Shown piece after piece: positions 63,668 through 64,000 of a DNA stretch of 64,000 nucleotides (position 1 is its first letter; each line of letters begins with the position of its first letter). Source of the stretch: Myxococcales bacterium (GTDB lineage Bacteria; Desulfobacterota; Binatia; HRBIN30). The position numbers and the translations under genes were made by a program. Below the pieces are notes generated by a model, which worked only from the letters and a program-made list of their open reading frames with translations, searched no databases and was not told the origin of the DNA. The stretch lies in contig JBBILD010000005.1 in NCBI GenBank assembly GCA_037445065.1, positions 64,001 to 128,000 of the forward strand. The letters are read 5' to 3'.

Positions 63668-64000
63668 CTAATCGCCGGCTGGCGCCGGCAAAGTGAAGGC
63701 GAAGGTAGCCCCTTCACCGGGCCGTCCTTCCGCCTTCACTTTCCCTCCGTGGCGACTGATTACGCGATACACCGTGGCAAGTCCGATCCCCGTTCCCTCG
63801 AACTCCTCCGGACGATGCAAACGGGAAAAAGGATGGAAGAGCTTGTGCGCAAACGCTGGGTCGAACCCGACGCCATTGTCTCGCACATAAAACCACCGTT
63901 CCCCCTCCTCCACCCAACTCCCCACCCAAATCCGGGCTTCGCTTTGGCCGCGGGTATACTTCCACGCGTTTTCGAGCAGGTTCACCGTGGCGACCTCGAT
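63668..64000 (-). CDS. Sensor histidine kinase, C-terminal HATPase_c domain (5' part outside the window)
   Basis: NLLENAWKY, VRDNGVGF, LFHPFSRLH, GTGIGLA and HGGKV; all ATP-binding boxes are intact. Confidence 0.92.
   Translation of the reverse strand: MEVATVNLLENAWKYTRGQSEARIWVGSWVEEGERWFYVRDNGVGFDPAFAHKLFHPFSRLHRPEEFEGTGIGLATVYRVISRHGGKVKAEGRPGEGATFAFTLPAPAGD

Noticed and set aside
1..64000. CRISPR array, rRNA, tRNA, IS/transposase, integrase or prophage genes
   Set aside because: No regularly spaced repeats, RNA-gene hallmarks or mobile-element protein motifs were seen. Almost all of the sequence is explained by recognisable CDSs.

Overview
Gene-dense, GC-rich (by eye ~60-65%) bacterial DNA. 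The content (sigma54 regulators, ExeA-type ATPase, split cofG/cofH F420 genes, an Rv0474-like XRE protein) suggests a deltaproteobacteria-like lineage such as Candidatus Binatia, which is inference only. (1) 1-1280: 5' part of sucD plus a DUF190/crcB(fluC) pair. (2) ~1300-44350: one ~43 kb minus-strand surface-polysaccharide locus of the Wzx/Wzy type. It encodes Wza, a Wzz/GumC co-polymerase, a CpsD/CapB-like kinase, Wzy/ligase, Wzx, a priming transferase, 7 GT2/GT4 enzymes plus a GT-C, 3 NAD-dependent epimerases, a DegT aminotransferase and a Gfo/Idh/MocA oxidoreductase. It also has an unusually rich tailoring set: O-carbamoyltransferase + SGNH + DUF5989, a hexapeptide acyltransferase, 2 methyltransferases, a FemAB/GNAT protein, 2 AlkP/phosphodiesterase-family proteins, a membrane sulfatase, a metallo-beta-lactamase-fold protein, an HPr-kinase-like P-loop protein, a ~1440-aa secreted three-module beta-helix protein and an ExeA-LysM-SPOR ATPase. 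(3) 44455-51320: a divergent five-gene sigma54 signalling cassette. All three histidine-kinase-like proteins have degenerate ATP-binding domains, and one is a REC-like/pseudo-AAA+/HisKA fusion. (4) 52000-56130: coenzyme F420 genes cofG-cofH-cofD-cofE (no cofC, no nitroreductase domain). (5) 56600-64000: GMC oxidoreductase with a Tat-signal partner, a D-cysteine-desulfhydrase-like PLP enzyme, exbB/exbD-like genes, a Ycf46-type AAA ATPase, an XRE regulator, a P460-family cytochrome lacking the cross-link Lys, and the 3' end of a histidine kinase. I saw no rRNA, tRNA, CRISPR array, transposase or integrase. All family calls come from reading motifs by eye; no database search was run.
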